From Octopus vulgaris (taxonomy: Eukaryota), in NCBI GenBank assembly GCA_951406725.2, contig OX597827.1, forward strand, positions 70,742,001-70,806,000: 64,000 nt of DNA, in the 5' to 3' direction. Made by a program: the position numbers and the translations under genes. This document shows positions 26,414 to 40,651 of this stretch, piece by piece (positions within the stretch are counted from its first letter, which is position 1; every line of letters starts with the position of its first letter). The notes below the pieces were generated by a model. It saw only the letters and a list, made by a program, of their open reading frames with translations, did no database searches and was not told where the DNA came from.

Positions 26414-27156
26414 GAAATGAAGGAGAAGAAAGAAAGCGAGAAGGAAAGAGTAAGAGAGAAAGAAAGAAAGAATGAAGGAAAGAAGGAAGACAAAGAGAAA
26501 AGAATGAAGAAAGGCATGAAAGAAAGAAGGAAGAGAAAGAAGTCAAGAAAGAAAGAAAGAAAGAGAGAGGGAGAGAGAGAAGGAAAGAAAGAAAGAAAGA
26601 AAGAAAGAAAGAGGACAGAGATAATAAAAAGAAAGAAAGAATTTAGGTAAAAGATAATAAAAAAGAAAGAAAGAGAAAAGAGAAAGCGGAAGGAAGAAAG
26701 GAAAAGAAAGAAATGAAGGAAGGAAAATGACAAATAGATAATAAAAACAAAGAAAAATGACAGAAAGGAAGGAAGAGAAAGAAAAAATTGAAGGAAAAAT
26801 GAAGAAAAGCGTGAAAGAAGAAAAGAAGCAAAAAGAAAGACAAAAGAGAAAATGGAAGGAAGAAAGGAAAAGAAAGAAAGGAAGGAAAATCACAAATAGA
26901 CAGATAATAAAAAGAAAGAAAAATGACAGGAAGGAGGAAGGAAGGAAGAGAAAGAAAAAAGGAAGGAAAAATGAAGAAAGCCGTGAAAGAAGAAAAGAAG
27001 CAAAAAGAAAGACAAAAGAGAAAGAGGAAGGAAGAAAGGAAAAGAAAGAAAGGAAGAGAAAGAAAGAATGTCGGATGTAGGGAAGGAAGGAAAGGAGGGA
27101 AGGAGGAGGAGGAAAGAAAAAGAGGAAGAGAGAATCAAAATAGAAAGAGAGAAAAG
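26414..27156. repeat. Polypurine (GA-rich) tract with an internal ~190-bp duplication
   Basis: ACAAATAGA..ATAATAAAA..AAAATGACAG..GAAGGAAAAATGAAGAAA.GC.GTGAAAGAAGAAAAGAAGCAAAAAGAAAGACAAAAGAGAAA occurs twice. Confidence 0.85.
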
Positions 27157-27706
27157 GTTTCGTTCTAGTTACGATCTTTTTTTTACAGGACACATTCTTT
27201 CGAGAATGGAATCTGGCCAAGATAAACAGCGTTTGTAAATGATTGCAAAACAAGATGACATACTGAACGGGGGAAGCTTAATACGCTTATTAAAACAGAT
27301 GAAGCCGTCTAGAAACGGATTAAAACAGATGAAGCCGTCTAGAAACGGATTAAACCATCAAACCTGTTTCAACTAATGAAAGTGTGTTGAGAATTGTTCC
27401 TTCATTTGGCCAGCGCCATGACCTCTCTGCAGGATCCAGAATACAGGTAGGGTCGACCCTGTGAACGTTTCGTTTTGAAGAGGCGCAGGCATGGCTGTGT
27501 GGTTAAGAAGCTCTCTTTGCCCCCACGTGGTTTACGGTTCGGTCCCTTTGCGCTGCACCTTGAGCAAGTGCCGTCTTTTTCTTCTATAGCTCTGGGCCAA
27601 TTAATGCCTTGTGAGTGAATTTGTTTGAGGAAACTATGTGGAAGCCTGTTGAGTACATATACACAAAATCAAGCACGCATATTATATACTAGCTTAAAAG
27701 TTAGTA

Positions 27707-27788
27707 CCGTAAATCTTCGAGTATAATCCGCATCCCCCCCCCCCAAATATAATGGTCAAAATTCCTAGTTCGCACTATATACAAGGGG
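27707..27788 (+). mobile_element. Truncated left end of the TA-flanked MITE seen at 60319-60784
   Basis: TA|CCGTAAATCTTCGAGTATAATCCGCAT..GGTCAAAATTCCTAGT. Confidence 0.75.
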
Positions 27789-28182
27789 ATAAACATAGAG
27801 GGGACAAACAAGGACAGACAAACGGATTAAGTCGATTACATCAACCCTCAGTGCGTAACTGGTGCTTTATTTAATCGACCCCGAAAGGATGAAAGGCAAA
27901 GTCGACCTCGGCGGAATTTGAACTCAGAACGTAACGGCAGACGAAATACCTATTTCTTTACTACCCACAAGGGGCTAAACACAGAGAGGACAAACAAAGG
28001 CAGACAAACGGATTAAGTCGATTACATCGATCCCCAGTGCGTAACTGGTGCTTTATTTATTGACCCCGAAAGGATGAAAGGCAAAGTCGACCGCGGCGGA
28101 ATTTGAACTCAGAACGTAACGGCAGACGAAATACGGCTAAGCATTTCACCTGTCATGCTAACTATTCTGCCAGCTCGCCGCC
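27781..28182 (-). mobile_element. SINE family B, tandem two-unit form
   Basis: Head followed by two ~185-bp body-tail units. Confidence 0.9.
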
Positions 28183-28635
28183 TTTCACTGACACCGATAT
28201 TACCAATGACATCAGCACACCACTACCAACACCATCGCTATCCGCTGAACCATCCTTTGTTATTACAAGTTATTTCTATTTAGAAACGCGCGTAGTTTTG
28301 ACAAGTTGCATATCAAAGTGAAGATGTTTCAAGTAGAAGACGTACAAATTTTATGTGAATGTCTGTCTCTGCGTATGGATGTATATATGTACGTATATAT
28401 ACGCGCGTCTGTGAATGTGTGAGCGCGCGCGTGTGTGTATGTATGTGTGTGTGTGAAGGTTTTATTAAAAGATTGAATCTGACAAAACATTTTATTTCGT
28501 TCAACGTCTAAGTAGCTCTTTGACAACCAACACATAAGATAGTTAAGAGTTTCATGTCATAAAGCTTGAATGTAGACTGCGATGTTAATATATTTGGGTG
28601 TCTGCGCATATTGGTATGTATGTATATGTATATAC

Positions 28636-28698
<63 letters not shown>

Positions 28699-28754
28699 TA
28701 TTATATATATATAAATATATATATATGTATATATATATACACGTATATATATGT

Positions 28755-28822
<68 letters not shown>

Positions 28823-29665
28823 GAACACAAGTAAGGTTCACATTCACAACAGCTGTTTCGGCAGCATTTTATTACGTATTCTCAGATTACATCATGGCAA
28901 AGCTCCGCCGTAATTTAATAGAGAATGGCAATCGTGGGTATTCTACCTGTGTTTATTATTTCAGACACATTAGATAACTTGTTTCAGAGTTCAAGGGAAA
29001 TAATTTCGTGTGAGGTAAATATATTCTTTTCTGCCCCCTCCTCATTCGAAAAGACAATATATTTTTATCAAATTGTATTTCATGTATTATCTTCAATGTT
29101 CTGAGTCAATTTCTTTGCTATGTTTATCCCCTCAGAGATATTTACAATTATTAGAGCGTCCAGAGAATTAGGCTTACGAGAGTGAAGTCCTCAGATTTTG
29201 TTTGTGACGAAACTACGTTGATTCTGGTTTTCACGGCTGACGAGAGGTGTTTTCTGTTTAATCATCATTTTCCACTATGAGTTTCCATGTCTCACTTTGA
29301 TTTTCACTACATAAAATGAATCTGGATTTTATTTTAAATGACACTGTTGGTTATTGCTTTATATTTTAAAAAATAGGTAGCAACAGAAGACAAACAACGA
29401 AAATAAAGCTAAAAATGCGAAATTTAGTAAATAGCTATATTTAACATCAAAACGAAATTACACACATGCTGCAAAATATAACATTTGCTTCTGCATGAAA
29501 TAAGTTTAAGATGATTTATTTACGATTGCCAAATTTATTCATCCAGATTAATTTATAAAATTATATGTTATGAATGTATGTGTCTTTGATAATTCTTATG
29601 TCTGTGTTCGTTAGTACATACCCTTAATCGCTATGAGTGTGCGTGTGTGTGTGTGTTTGTATGAA

Positions 29666-30061
29666 GGCGGCGAGCTGGCAGAAAAGCTAGCACCTCGGGC
29701 GAAATGCGTAGCCGTATTTCATCTGCCGTTACGTTGTGAGTTCAAATTCCGCCGGGGTTGACTTTGCCTTTCATCCTTTCGAGGTCGATTAAATAAGTAC
29801 CAGTTACGTACTAGGGTCGATGTAATCGACTTAATCCGTTTGTCTGTCCTTGTTTGTCCTTTCTGTGTTTAGCTTCTTGTGGGTAGTAAAGAAATAGGTA
29901 TTTCGTCTGCCGCTACGTTCTGAGTTCAAATTCCGCCGAGGTCGACTTTGCATTTTGTCCTTTCGAGCCCGGTATGTTAAGTACCAGTTGCGTATTGGGG
30001 TCGATCTAATCGACGCCCCCCCTTCCCCAAAATTTTGGGTCTTGCGCCTAGAGTAGAAAAG
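29666..30061 (+). mobile_element. SINE family B, dimeric form (head-body-tail1-body-tail2)
   Basis: GGCGGCGAGCTGGCAGAA.. then AAAGAAATAG|GTATTTCGTCTGCCG.. ending CCTAGAGTAGAAAAG. Confidence 0.9.
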
Positions 30062-31014
30062 TTTGTATGAGTGTGTGTACGTGTGAGTGTGTATGTATGA
30101 GTGTATGTGTGTGCAAGTAATGTGTGTGTGTATAATGTGTGTGTGTATGCGGGTGTATAAGTGTGTGTGTGTGCGTATGAGTGTGTGTGTATGAATGTGT
30201 GAGCGTATAATGTGTGTGAGTATGTGTGTGTGTGAGTGTGTGCGTGTATATGACTGTGTATGCGTGTGTATAAGTGTGTGTGCGTGCGTATGAGTGTATG
30301 TGTGTGAGTGTCTGTAAGTGTATGTGTATGTGTGCATGTATAAGTGTGTGGCGTGCGTATATGTGTGTGTGTATGTCTGTATGTGTGTGCGTATAAGCGT
30401 GTCCCTCATATGGCTTTTATTCTCTTTGCTTATGGCTTACCTTTGCTTACATAAGTACCTTACTGCTGCACAGAAGCATCCTTTCCTCTTCCTTCAGTTT
30501 CCTTTTTCTCAACCATGGTTCCCTTTCTCACATATTCCCCTCTTCCCTCCACCACCACGTCCGCCATTTGCCACCCTTTCTTCCTCCATCTTCCTATCAC
30601 TGTTTCTTCTCTTTCTTCCGTTTCCCTAACTTCTCCTTTTCTACTCCCCATTCTCTAAAAAGAAGGGATTATATACACACAGAAATAAATACACAACAAT
30701 ATTTAATGCAGTAGATATTTAAGCGTTTTGTTAAAGTACTCAGTCCAGTAAAGGGTATTTGTTTGACCGGCAAAGCTTAGTGCAACTCTTTACATAACCG
30801 TGAGTATAGGGTTGGTAAGCGAATGAACGGTAAACGAGTTTCTAAAACTGAAAATAGACAAGTGGAAGGATAAGTGTAAAGATAGACAAACGAGGTGATA
30901 AGTAGGGAAGATAGGGGATAGGGGGATAGAGGAAAGGGGTAAGGAAACACAGGCAAAGGAGTGAGGGCTCAAGGATGAGGATGGTGGTGGTGGTGGTGGT
31001 AGTGGGGGAGGGGT

Positions 31015-31110
31015 TTGATGATGAGGGTAATGACGACGACAATAACGATGACAACAATGACGACGACGACAATGATGATGATGATAATGATGCTGTTACT
31101 GCTGCTGCTT

Positions 31111-31145
<35 letters not shown>

Positions 31146-31490
31146 AAAGACGACGACGAAGCTGAAGATGCTGCTGACGACGACTTGGATGTTGACAATG
31201 ATGATGATGATGACGATGATGATGATGCTGTTACTGCTGCTGCTTATGATGATGACGACGACGATGATGATGGTGACGATGATGATGATGCTGTTACTGC
31301 TGCTGCTTATGATGATGACGACGACGATGATGATGGTGACGATGATGATGATGATGATGATGATGCTGTTACTGCTGCTGCTTACCACGACGACGATGAT
31401 GATGGTGACGATGATGATGATGATGATGATGCTGTTACTGCTGCTGCTTATTGTGATGACGACGATGATGATGATGATGATGATGACATG
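31015..31490. repeat. (GAT/GAC)n minisatellite with five GCTGTTACTGCTGCTGCTTA spacers
   Basis: Visible higher-order trinucleotide repeat. Confidence 0.9.
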
Positions 31491-31783
31491 TAGGCGATAT
31501 CTCAGATAATCTTTCAGAATTCATACAATTTGTAGAGGATTGCTCCCACATCCTCCCAGCATTGATATCCATGCATTTTTTTGCTAGCCGATATCTCACA
31601 TATCTTAAACAAACCAGCACCAGTCGCCTTCAGCAATATCTTTCATCTCTCTACATATTAATAAAGAAAAATGTCAGAAAGGGAAACTTTAAAAAGAAAA
31701 CGACCGCCTCCAAAGTTTCAAATATCACCTGTATTTAACTTAAAGATAACCATAATTATATATAGGCAAGCATACATGTATCA

Positions 31784-32021
<238 letters not shown>

Positions 32022-32033
32022 TATATATATATA

Positions 32034-32430
32034 GGCGGCGAGCTGGCAGAAACGTTAGTACGCCGGGCGAAATGCGTAGCCGTATTTCGTATGCCGTTAC
32101 GTTCTGAGTTCAAATTCCGCCGAGGTCGACTTTGCCTTTCATCCTTTCGGGGTCGATTAAATAAGTACCAGTTACGCACTGGGGTCAATATAATCGACTT
32201 AATCCGTTTTTCTGTCCTTGATTGTCCTCTCTGTGTTTAGCCCCTTGTGGGTAGTAAAGAAATAGGTATTCCGTCTGCTGCTACGTTCTGAGTTCAAATT
32301 CCGCCGAGGTCAACTTTGCTTTTCATCCTTTCGGGGTCGATAAATTAGGTACTGGTGAAACACTGGGTGTCGATGTAATTGACTATCCCGTCCCCCAAAT
32401 TTCAGGCCTTGTGCCTATAGTAGAAAGAAT
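32034..32430 (+). mobile_element. SINE family B, dimeric form
   Basis: Same organisation as 29666-30061. Confidence 0.9.
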
Positions 32431-32433
32431 ATA

Positions 32434-32775
32434 GGCACAGGAGTGCCTGAGTGGTAAGTAGCTTGCTTAACAACCACATGGTTCCGGGTTCAGTCCCACT
32501 GCGTGGCACCTTGGGCAAGTGTCTTCTACTATAGCGAACCCTGCTGTACTCTCTCACCACAAATTTCTCTCACTCTTTCTTCCTGTTTCTGTTGTACTTG
32601 TATTTCAAAGGGGCCAGCCTTGTCACACTCTGTGTCACGCCGAATCTCCCCGAGAACTACGTTAAGGGTACACATGTCTGTGGAGTGCTCAGCCACTTAC
32701 ACGTTAATTTCACGAGCAGGCTGTTCCGTTGATCGGATCAACTGGAACCCTCGTCGTCGTAACCGACGGAGCGCC
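32434..32775 (+). mobile_element. Chimeric SINE: family A head fused to family C body and tail 1
   Basis: A head to GTCTTCTACTATAGC (32535), then GAACCCTGCTGTACTCT..CCCTCGTCGTCGTAACCGACGGAG. Confidence 0.8.
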
Positions 32776-32779
32776 AGGA

Positions 32780-32810
32780 CATACATACATACACACATAC
32801 ATACATACAT

Positions 32811-32841
<31 letters not shown>

Positions 32842-33805
32842 TATACATCCATCCATACATACATAAATTCATCCACACATAAATACATCCATACATCCAT
32901 CCATACATACATCCATCCATACATAAATCCATCCACACATAAATACATCCATACATCCATCCATCCATCCATACATACATACATCCATCCATACATAAAT
33001 CCATCCATACATATACATCCATACATCCATCCATACATACATATATACATACATCCATCCATACATAAATCCATCCACACATAAATACATCATCCATCCA
33101 TCCATACATACATCCATACATAAATCCATCCACACATAAATACATCCATCCATCCATCCATACATACATACATACATACATACATACATCCATCCATACA
33201 TAAATCCATCCACACATAAATACATCCATACATCCATACATACATCCATACATACATAAATCCATCCACACATAAATACATCCATCCATCCATCCATCCA
33301 TACATACATACATACATACATACATACATACATACATACATACATCCATACATAAATCCATCCACACATAAATACATCCATACATCCATACATACATCCA
33401 TACATAAATCCATCCACACATAAATACATCATCCATACATCCATACATACATCCATACATACATAAATCCATCCACACATAAATACATCCATCCATCCAT
33501 CCATCCATACATACATACATACATACATACATACATACATACATACATACATACATACATACATCCATACATAAATCCATCCACACATAAATACATCCAT
33601 CCATCCATCCATCCATCCATCCATACATACATACATACATACATAAATCCATACATAAATCCATCCACACATAAATCCATCCATCCATCCATCCATCCAT
33701 ACATACATACATACATACATCCATACATAAATCCATCCACACACACATCCATCCATCCATCCATCCATCCATCCATACATACATACATACATACATACAT
33801 ACATA
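32780..33805. repeat. Higher-order (CATA/CATC) minisatellite
   Basis: Recurring unit CATACATAAATCCATCCACACATAAATACATC. Confidence 0.9.
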
Positions 33806-34594
33806 GACATATGTGATTATACGTTCATATGTGTGTGTGTGTGTATGTGTGCGTACTAGTGTGTGTTTCTTCTATTCTTTGCCTCTCCTTAAATATTTGT
33901 TGTTGTTCTTTTTTTGTTTATTCTATGATTGTTTGCTTTTGTTATTGTTTTCAATATATTTCTTTTTGGAGATGTTTATTCTGAGAGAATTGCTAAATTG
34001 GGCAATTCCGCTCTCTTTCGCGATCCCCTTCCCAGAGGCATTCCTCTTCTTTTCTTATCTCTTTCGTGTAATCCTCTATGTGCGCGCGCGCACACACACA
34101 CACAAAAATAAACAAACAAACACAGACACACACACACATGCCACTATCACGTAGGCACAGTTTTATATATACATATATACATTAAAGAAATACATACATA
34201 CATACATACATATGTTTGTGCGTGTGTGTATATATATATATATATACACACACGCATATATATATATATATGCGTGTGTGAGTATATCATGTATATATAC
34301 ATGTATATATGTTTGTGTGTGTATATATATATATATATATGTATATACATGTATATATATATTGTATATATATATATATATGTACATATATATATATACA
34401 TGTATATATGTTTGTATATATATATATATATACACATTATCTACATGCATACATATATAAATATACCCATATACATACGCTTATATATATATGTACATAT
34501 ATATACATAGATATTTATATAAATACACATATATATATACATATGTAATATATACATATATATATATGTACATATATAATATATACATACATAC

Positions 34595-34664
<70 letters not shown>

Positions 34665-34854
34665 TGTTTATATATATTTACATATATTTACACACGCACA
34701 TATATAAATATATATATATATATAGTTATACACGCGCGCGCGCGCAAACATATACATACTGGATAAAATAGATTCCATGGAAAGAGGCGGTGGTCTACGC
34801 GGGTAAGATTTGTATTATTTGGAAAAAGCGCCTGAAGGAGTACAATGGAATTAT

Positions 34855-34884
34855 CCTGCGTTTCGAACAGTCTTTCTTCAGGTT
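34855..34884 (-). ncRNA. Degenerate minimal hammerhead-like motif
   Basis: Minus strand AC-CTGAAGA-AAGACTGTTC-GAAA-CG-CAGG; cleavage-site U missing. Confidence 0.4.
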
Positions 34885-35748
34885 AAAAGGGCATGTATGC
34901 ATGTATGTATGTATGTATGACAGTCGTAATTTTAATAATCGGTTCGCTGAAGAAAAACTTTAATAAAATATTTGTGTAAATGATTCCAAATTGGGCAATA
35001 ATATATAGGGAATTTTCCTTATAATATATATCTGTTAACGTAAAACAGAATGAAAATATGGTGAAATCTGGAATACAAGGAAACAGGTGATGGTTTGTGC
35101 GTTGTTGCTACAATCACTGAGTATAAAGTCTGGAAGAATGGTGAAGTTTATTTCCTGCAGGATTGAACAAAATGATGTTTCATTGATTTGGCAAAGAGGG
35201 GAAGCATTTGGGGTAAAAATGAAGCTGAGAGAGTGAATTAGTGGTAATAAAGATTATCATGCAAAATAGATTGGTTCAGATGGTGAGAAACCAATGAGGT
35301 GAGATTATAGATGGAGGAGGGCATAAAATCACAAAAGAAACATATAGCTATGGTGACAGGTTAAAGTAGAAGCAGAGGTGGGACAGAAAGTTGGATAGGA
35401 ACAATACATCGAACGGCGACACATAGAGTCACATTTATAATTTCAAATGTTCAATTTGTTAACGACTTTCTATTTCTAAGGCTGGTTTTGTTAACTACTC
35501 GCGGCTTCCTGAACCAAAGCAAGCTACTAATAAATCTTCGTCCTTTGATTGAAGATATATGTCAATTATCGTGATTCTGCATTGCATTTAACTGAACGGA
35601 GACATTTATGTGAGAGGGTAAATGCTGTAAATAAGCAAATGGGCAAAAAAGTCATCATCGATTTGCAGCTCATTTAACAAACACCAATGAAGCTCATTAT
35701 TGGATTACATCCATCGCCCAAACCGACACATATGAAAATTATATATAT

Positions 35749-36280
35749 TTGCCATAGTAACGAAGCTAAAGCAGAAATGAGAAAAGCATCGTGCGTGCAG
35801 CTATGAGGAGAAATCGTTGAATCACCATCCGTGAGTTATCAGAAAATGTGCGATTAGTCACGGTTCAGTTCAGTCCATTATCACTGAAGATTTGAGTATG
35901 AGATGTTTGTCTGCCAAGCTTGTACCAAAACTGCTTTCAGATGACCAAAAAGGTACTTGGATTTCAGTTGCACAATATCTCCTTGATTGTGTGAAGAACG
36001 ATGAACATTTTGTATATACCTCTGAGCAGGTATCGCCAAGCTTTTGACAAAATTTGATGCAGATTCTCTTCTCCACTTTCTCTGTCATGGCCAATGCGAC
36101 AATCACACGCTACACACCTTCCTTCCAAGTACTGCTGTAATCAGCAGAAGTGAACTAGAAGGTTAAAACATAGTGCGCAAGCACAGCAGAGTTGAAGGTC
36201 ACTGTGCCAAACGGATTCCCTCTGCGTGCTTTAGCTTCGTTACTATGGCAACAGTCCGGATACTTATTGATCAGACCACG
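35749..36280. mobile_element. Rearranged non-autonomous mariner with convergent transposase fragments
   Basis: Plus: ITIRELSE..SHGSVQSIITEDLSMRCLSAKLVPKLLSDDQK; minus: MTEKVEKRICIKFCQKLG; right TIR ..ACTTATTGATCAGACCACG|TA; 25-bp inverted repeat 35749-35773 / 36227-36251. Confidence 0.85.
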
Positions 36281-36351
36281 TACATGCACACACACATATA
36301 TATATATACACACAAGCATATAATAAATATATCTATATATATATCTATCTG

Positions 36352-36435
<84 letters not shown>

Positions 36436-36919
36436 AATATATATATATGTATATATTTATATATAAACATACGCTCACGTATATGTGTTTATATACATAT
36501 ATACGCACGGATACATATATATATTCAACTGATATCTATCATCATCTCTGCTTGAAAAAAACTGATTAAACATGCCACTTGGCCATTATCATCGTGTTAT
36601 ATTTTCATAAGAATCATGTCTGTTGTTTCGTCGACAAACACTACAAATTGTGTACTCGTATATATACTAGTGTATAATATATGTGTATGGACATATATAT
36701 ATATATACATATATATATATACATATATATATATGAAATGGGGCGGAATTATCTTCTTGGTACATATTTTCCTAGCCCGGAGGAATGAAAGTCCAATTTT
36801 TTCCTAGTATTTCTAGTAATATTTGATTTCATATTTGTCAGTTGCCCAACAGATAAAATACCATTTATTATACTTGTCGGGTTCTTATTAACGTGGCTCC
36901 CTTCGTCGTATTATATGTG

Positions 36920-37007
<88 letters not shown>

Positions 37008-37032
37008 CATACACACACATATATATACATAG

Positions 37033-37065
<33 letters not shown>

Positions 37066-37674
37066 CATACATACATATATATATATACATATAAATAGAT
37101 TGATGGATAGATAGATAGGCAGACTGACAGATAGAAAGAAAGATAAATAGATACATATGTGTGTGTGTGTGTTTGCATGTGTGTTTGTGTGTGTGTGTGT
37201 GTTTGTGTTTGTGTGTGTGTACAAATGCACTTAATGAAAAATTACCCAGTACATTACGTGGAGTTAATGATAATAACACTTTAAAGCTGATATTTTCTTA
37301 GTTACTCCAAAATTCGTGTTAACTCTTATTTGCAATGACACTTTATATATATAATATATCTATCTTCAATTATTGAGTTAAATTAATTACGGACTGACTG
37401 ACTTATTTATTTAGTTATAATTTCAACCCTCCTAGCCACTCTGCATAGTTACGTCCGAAACACGTGTCAGACAACAGTACGGGTCACATCCATCATCCCC
37501 ATCCATGTTCATCACCTAATTTTTTTCCGGTGAACCTGTCATAATCATCTTCCTGCATATAGTAAACGTACTATGATTGGTTATTTGTCTGAATTTTTTT
37601 TCGTTCTCATCTAGGACTTAGTTAATTTACTTGGTATATAGAAAAGGAAGTATGCAAGGCATGTCATTACAAGC

Positions 37675-38270
37675 AAGTACTACCCTTATAAAAAAACTAA
37701 TGTAGAGACCGCATGTATTCATTGGGATTCTAACAGCCCTCCTTCAGCTAAAACTAGAAACTTTCTAGCCTTAATCAGTAGAAGAATCTCCGATTTATCC
37801 TCAGATAGCGATATCATTATCAGAGCTGTACCCCATGGCAAGAAGGTGTTTACAAGGAGTGACTTTTGTGAGAAATGTTTTAGCATGGATGTTTCTATAG
37901 CCTAAACCCTCTAAAATAGTTAAGAAGAGGAAAATAAACTGGTGCAATCCTCTGTTCAACAAGAATATTGTCAGAAACCTTTTAACCCTAATTAGACAAC
38001 AGTTACCTAATACACATTAATACCACACGTTTTTTAAGGTGCATAATGTTAATGTTAGTTACTCTTGCCTAGACAACATTGCACAGTGAAAACGTCAACA
38101 AGTGGAAAATGCAAACCTTTACACTGACATTACCTAAGTCAACTGCCGAAATCTGTCTCCTTGTCTAATAAGGGAAACCTGCCTTTCGAAGGGCTTTTTT
38201 TGAACCAACTGATATCTTGAGAAAATATACGTGATATAAAGCCAATGACTCCAAGACAAGATTTAACTAG
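37675..38270 (+). pseudogene. Penelope-like RT thumb, linker and GIY-YIG N-terminal remnant
   Basis: KYYPYKKTN..CIHWDSNSPPS..ISRRISDLSS; KRKINWCNPLFNKN..LP.TH*YH.FF...NV.VSYSCLDNI; NCRN..PC.IRETCL (PY.KPN / YIH..SNHPP / WFNPP / SYSC / CNCR..CPL.G.CL pattern). Confidence 0.85.
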
Positions 38271-38653
38271 GTTTGGTCGTTGTTGGTTTTATATGGATAT
38301 TAACGGGATATTTAACCTTTTGTTTTGAGAATATGAAAATCAAAGCTCAGAGTTCAGTCCACTATTTAAACATTTGTTATTAAGTGTCTTTCCTTATGCA
38401 TGGCAGCTAGTAACACATCTGCTATCCGACATATATCTTCCACCTAACTACATTCTTTTATGAACTCCTATGACATGAAGATGACACACCTAAATACACA
38501 CTCCTAGTTTCAAAATTCTACATACGTGAATAAATTCTGAACAATAATACAACTCCAAAATTTATCAATAATGATTCTCCATAACACCTCTCCATCACAG
38601 CCTATCATACAACGCAAATATAACTCGATTAAGCTTACCTTAGAAAATTCACT

Positions 38654-38698
38654 ACAGTCCGATGATGGCTTAAATGGTCGAAACTTCGAATTTACTGT
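38654..38698 (+). ncRNA. Minimal hammerhead at the 3' end of the Penelope remnant
   Basis: ACAGT-CCGATGA-TGGCTTAAATGGTC-GAAA-CTTCGAAT-TT-ACTGT; ~100 bp before a (TA)n tract. Confidence 0.7.
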
Positions 38699-38795
38699 CA
38701 ATAATATTCTTCTTAAAGAATAATAAATTTGTACTCTACCAAAAGTATTGAGTAATCTTTGTGAAATTGCTTTTATTACAACATAAGAACAAACA

Positions 38796-38845
<50 letters not shown>

Positions 38846-39460
38846 CTATCACCTACCTATACGTGTGTGCGTGTGTGAAAGTACGTATCACTCTCAGAAC
38901 GTGTGTAGCACTTGTATACTCTCACACACACACACACGCACACCCTTATATGGCTCGTATTTGTGCAGATGTTTGTGATCAGCTATCATTAGTATTGACG
39001 GGAGATGTAAATATTTTGTTGCTTGTTTACTCCCCATCTTTTCACTGCATTGTTTTTTTCTTTCCTTTATTTACCGTTGTCATGAGGTGCAAATCTATTT
39101 ATCCGTATGGTACCCGGTCTGGACTAGAGCTGAATGTACGAACCTTTATTTTGGGTTGGCTTACGCGCCAAGCCACCAACAGGTGGCGTATTGCTGTATT
39201 CTAAAATTGTCGAGACTTTCTCTTTCTGAAACATTTGATAAACATTACCTTGGATGTTTGGGTTAATTTGTAGACGATGTTTATATAAGAGCCAACGATA
39301 ACACAAGCAAACGATGTAAATGCTGTGTATGAATACGAATTCACCTGCTTATATTTATTGTTGTTGTTGTTGCTGCTGTTGTGGTTGTTGTTGTTTTTAG
39401 TCCATGGTCAGCTCCGATCAAACAGACATGCGACAGAAAGGATATGCAATGGTCATTGTT

Positions 39461-39741
39461 GTTTGTTCCTTCTCTAGCCATGCCTGGCTCATAAGGGCCG
39501 GTTTCCTGGTTTCCTTGGTATATAGGTTTCCCACCAGGACGGGACGCCGGTCCGTCGCAGGTGAGCTGCAAGATGCAGGAGGAAAGAGTGAGAGAAAGTT
39601 GTGGCGAAAGAGTCAGCAGAAGTTCGCCATTACCTTCTGCTGGAGCCGCCCATAAACACACACATCGCCCGGTCTGAGATTCGAACCCGCGATCCCTCGA
39701 CCGCGAGTCCGCTGCTCTAACCACTAGGCCATGTCCCTCCA
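39461..39741 (-). mobile_element. SINE family C-like (tail type 2) with 14-bp TSD
   Basis: Head TGGCCTAGTGGTTAGAGCAGCGGACTCGCG; CAATGGTCATTGTT at 39447-39460 and 39742-39755. Confidence 0.88.
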
Positions 39742-40194
39742 CAATGGTCATTGTTACATAAAGACCAGTAGAAGTTTAAGTAACTGTGTGAAGTAAATTG
39801 AGCCTTGAAACAATAATTCAGAGTCGTTGGCTTCCCGCACATGTGCGCATATGTAGGTGTGTGTGCAACAAAGCTTCTCTAAATTTGAAACACTTAAATG
39901 AGTAATATCTCAGCCAGAATTTAAATCCCTATGAGGGACGACCACGCAGTATCAGAGAGGAGTGTAATACAAACAGCAAAACCTCCATAAATAACGAAAC
40001 CAAGGACCCCTTAACAAATCCAGCCCTACGAGAATGAAGGAATGAAGGAATTCTTACAACGAAGGGAACACAAGATATTAAAGGTCCACAGACAACAAGC
40101 ACATCAGACATATACATTTATCATCAGCTGCCTAACGTATATCATCATATTTTCGACATATATACATGTGTGTGTATGTATATATATAACACAT

Positions 40195-40236
<42 letters not shown>

Positions 40237-40274
40237 AATATATATATATATATGTATGTATATCTATATTGTAT

Positions 40275-40317
<43 letters not shown>

Positions 40318-40504
40318 CTCGTGTGTGAGTGTGTGCGTGTGTGTGCGCACGTGTGTATAATAGACAGTAATAGACAGGTACCGACGAACAAATATATATT
40401 CATACACACATATACACATATGTGCGTGCGTATATAGTCACAAGTTCCAACACACACACATACAGGTACATACACAGACATATAAACACAAACATATACA
40501 TGTA

Positions 40505-40620
40505 TAGTAGTAGTAGTAGTAGTAGCAGCAGCAGCAGTAGCAGCATCATCAGTAGCAGCATCATCAGTAGCTGTAGTAGTAGTAGTAGCAGCAGTAGCAA
40601 TAATGGTGGTGGTGGTAGTG

Positions 40621-40651
<31 letters not shown>

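Noticed and set aside
26414-27156. Lys/Glu/Arg-rich or Phe/Ser-rich ORFs
   Set aside because: Polypurine low-complexity tract.
27289-27355. 30-bp tandem duplication with CAGATGA..GAAAC resembling a dimeric hammerhead
   Set aside because: Core mismatch and no helix I or III pairing; treated as a simple duplication.
30975-31493. Asp-rich ORF with AVTAAAY repeats (biomineralisation-like)
   Set aside because: Trinucleotide minisatellite open in several frames and both strands; no signal peptide or splice support.
35040-35430. Possible old LINE RT C-terminal remnant on the minus strand
   Set aside because: Translation too degraded to assign.
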